Shown here: positions 61,936 through 64,000 of the stretch, piece by piece
Layout of the letters: every line of letters starts with the position of its first letter
Position numbering within the stretch: the stretch's first letter is position 1
Assembly (NCBI GenBank): GCA_963703345.1
Contig: OY969814.1
Span: 512,001 to 576,000 of the forward strand
Direction of reading: 5' to 3'
DNA: 64,000 nucleotides
From: an uncultured Chloroflexia bacterium
GTDB lineage: Bacteria > Chloroflexota > Dehalococcoidia > DSTF01 > JALHUB01
The notes under the pieces: generated by a model
Told to the model about the DNA's origin: nothing
Database searches by the model: none
What the model saw: only the letters and a program-made list of their open reading frames with translations
Position numbers and translations under genes: made by a program

Positions 61936-63619
61936 CTACGCTTCCGTCAGAGCCTCTATCTGCGCCAGGATCTCTTGGTCTTCGAAATGATTCATTGTAA
62001 TCGCCCCGGATGGGCAGGCAGCCCCGCAGGTGCCGCATCCTTTGCACACCGCTTCGATGGTGCGGGCAAACGCTTTGCCATTCTCGCTGACCATCTGCAT
62101 GGCGCTATAAGGACAAAGAACGGCGCAGATGCCGCAGCCTCCACAGAGGTCCTCATTGACGGAAGAAGTAATGGCTTCAGGACTCACATGCCCTCTTTTC
62201 ATGGGTACCACTGCTTTGCCGGCGGCGGCGTAAGCCTGGAACACGGCTTCGGACACTTCGACTGGCCATCTGGCCGAGCCACATATGTAGATGCCATCCG
62301 TGGCAAATTCCACGGGCTGCAGTTTCAGGTGGGCCTCCAGGAAGAAGCCCTCCGAACTGAGGGGAACCTTGAGCATCCTGGAGATCCCCGCGTTGTCGCT
62401 CCGCGGAACAAGGGGTGTGGTCAGCACAACCATATCCGACGGAAGCTCCACCAATTTGCCTATCAACTGGTGGTAGACCCTGACACCCTTGACCCCGCCG
62501 TTCGCAACAACCTCGGGCGGGCTCCCCAGGCTGTACCTCACGAACCTGACACCCAGTTCCATCGCCTTTCGATAGTAGTCCTCGAACTCCACCCCATAGG
62601 CCATGATATCGCGATGGAGGATCCAGACGTTCGCCTCGGGGATCATTCTCCTTGATCAGCACAGCATTCTTGATCGCCGTCAGACAGCAGAACCTGCCGC
62701 AGTAGGGCCTTTCGGGGACGCGAGCGCCGACGCAGTTGATCATGACGACGTTCTTAGCCTCTACTGTATGCTGTTTCAGTCGTTCTTCCAGCTCGAGCTG
62801 AGTGAGCACGCCGTCCGTCTCACCGTAGCCGTACTGACCTGCCGGTTTGAGCTCCTCGGCGCCCACAGCGACTATGATGGTGCCGACTCTGAGCTTGCTT
62901 CCCTCCTCGCCTTGCTCCAAAATGACGTCGAAATTGCCTATGAAGCCCTTTACTTCCTTGACCTCTGTGGAGAGATGAGCCGTTATACGCTCATGGTTCC
63001 TCACCTGGTCAATGAGGGGCCCGATCAGTTCTCTGGCCTCTTTGTTGGTTGCGAAGAGTCGGTTTACATCAAGTAGCAGGCCACCGAGCTGTGCCTGCTT
63101 TTCCACCAGGTGGACCTCAAAACCCTGATTGGCCAGGTTCAGGGCTGCGGTCATTCCGGCCACGCCGGACCCGATTACTAGAGAAGCCGGAGTGACTTCA
63201 ATCTCGATCTCTTCCAGCGGCTTCAGTAGCCTGGCCTTCGCCACCCCCATTCTAACGAGGTCTTTGGCCTTTTCGGTGGCTTCCGTGGGGAGGGTCATGT
63301 GCACCCACGAGCATTGGTCCCTTATGTTGACGAACTCGAAGAGATACTTGTTCAGGCCCGCTTCCTGACAGGCAGACCTGAACAGTGCCTCGTGGGTTCT
63401 GGGGGTACAAGATGCCACTATGACACGGTTCAGGTCGTTTTCTTGAATCTTCTTCTTTATGGACGAGATGCCTTCTTCTGAACAGGTGTAGAGGTTGTGC
63501 TCGGCATGCGCTACATTGGGCAGACTCTTCGCGTACTCCACCACTTGGGGCACGTCGACATAGCCGCCGATGTTCCTGCCACAGTGACACACAAAGACGC
63601 CAATCCGGGTATCAGGCAT
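61936..63619 (-). pseudogene. hdrA: HdrA-like flavoprotein with 1-bp frameshift near 62638-62641 (real or sequencing error)
   Basis: VFVCHCG, SCTPRTHE, NIRDQCSWVH, GSGVAG in 62177-63628 join KLQPV, CGGCGIC, CKGCGTC in 61936-62646. Confidence 0.88.
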
Positions 63620-64000
63620 GCTCAGCACCCCCTGCTAGAACTTCAGCCGCTCGAGCCGCTGACCCGGATGCTTGAACCACCGAGTCCGGGATATCCCGAG
63701 GGCTGTGAGCATAGCCGCAGGCGAAGATCCCGGCCCTGCTGCTGTCCAGCGGGTGGGACAGGCGGTCCGGGATTTCCACGAAGCCGTGTTCATCTAAGGT
63801 TATGCCCAGCCTGGCCGCTAACTCCCGGACGCCCACAGACGGTACCAAGGCTTGGGCGAGGATGACCAGCTCGGTCTCGAAGGTCTTCGTTTCACGCGTG
63901 GTGGTATCCTCGTACAAGATGATCGGGTTGCCGTTCTCGGCAACGTCAATCCTTGCGGGCCGGCCTCTGACATATGTGACGTTATACTCATCTCTGGCAC
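63612..64000 (-). CDS. hdrA: C-terminus of a second HdrA-like protein (5' end off window)
   Basis: YVRGRP, YED, LDEHGF, GIFACG, PRDIPDSVVQASGSA. Confidence 0.85.
   Translation of the reverse strand, partial: ARDEYNVTYVRGRPARIDVAENGNPIILYEDTTTRETKTFETELVILAQALVPSVGVRELAARLGITLDEHGFVEIPDRLSHPLDSSRAGIFACGYAHSPRDIPDSVVQASGSAARAAEVLAGGAEHA

Noticed and set aside
58921-64000. Selenocysteine in Mvh/Hdr
   Set aside because: Relevant positions are Cys and there is no in-frame TGA

Overview
High-GC bacterial window, most likely Chloroflexota/Dehalococcoidia (inferred from gene content and protein style, not verified). The left half (1-30 kb) is mostly minus-strand core genes: hrcA-grpE-orf-dnaK, a LysM/M23 protein, rho, tal, pyrG, a GT20 trehalose-6-phosphate synthase behind a c-di-AMP riboswitch, a tetrapyrrole operon (ahbC, sirC/cysG-N, hemA, hemC, cobA-hemD, hemB, hemL), ribDEBAH and dcd. 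The right half is an accessory patchwork: secreted proteins, msrAB, methyltransferases, mgtA, class III cyclases, gene remnants, repeated tRNA-Lys 3' fragments, a tRNA-Arg(GCG), and an hdrA-hdrA-mvhDGA-protease cluster. Best candidate for an undescribed system: four unrelated secreted proteins share a C-terminal [VI]GG[VI]A[ED]xPD-linker-TM-W[YH]xR[RK]R sorting-like tail. Two of them also share a structured 5' leader and near-identical 3' DNA around unrelated payloads, and sit downstream of a rod-shaped RNA with a terminator. Other notable items are a covarying dispersed palindromic repeat (one copy in-frame in a CDS), several near-cognate start codons, and a probable tRNA-Lys island carrying the hydrogenase. 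All calls are by eye; no searches were run.
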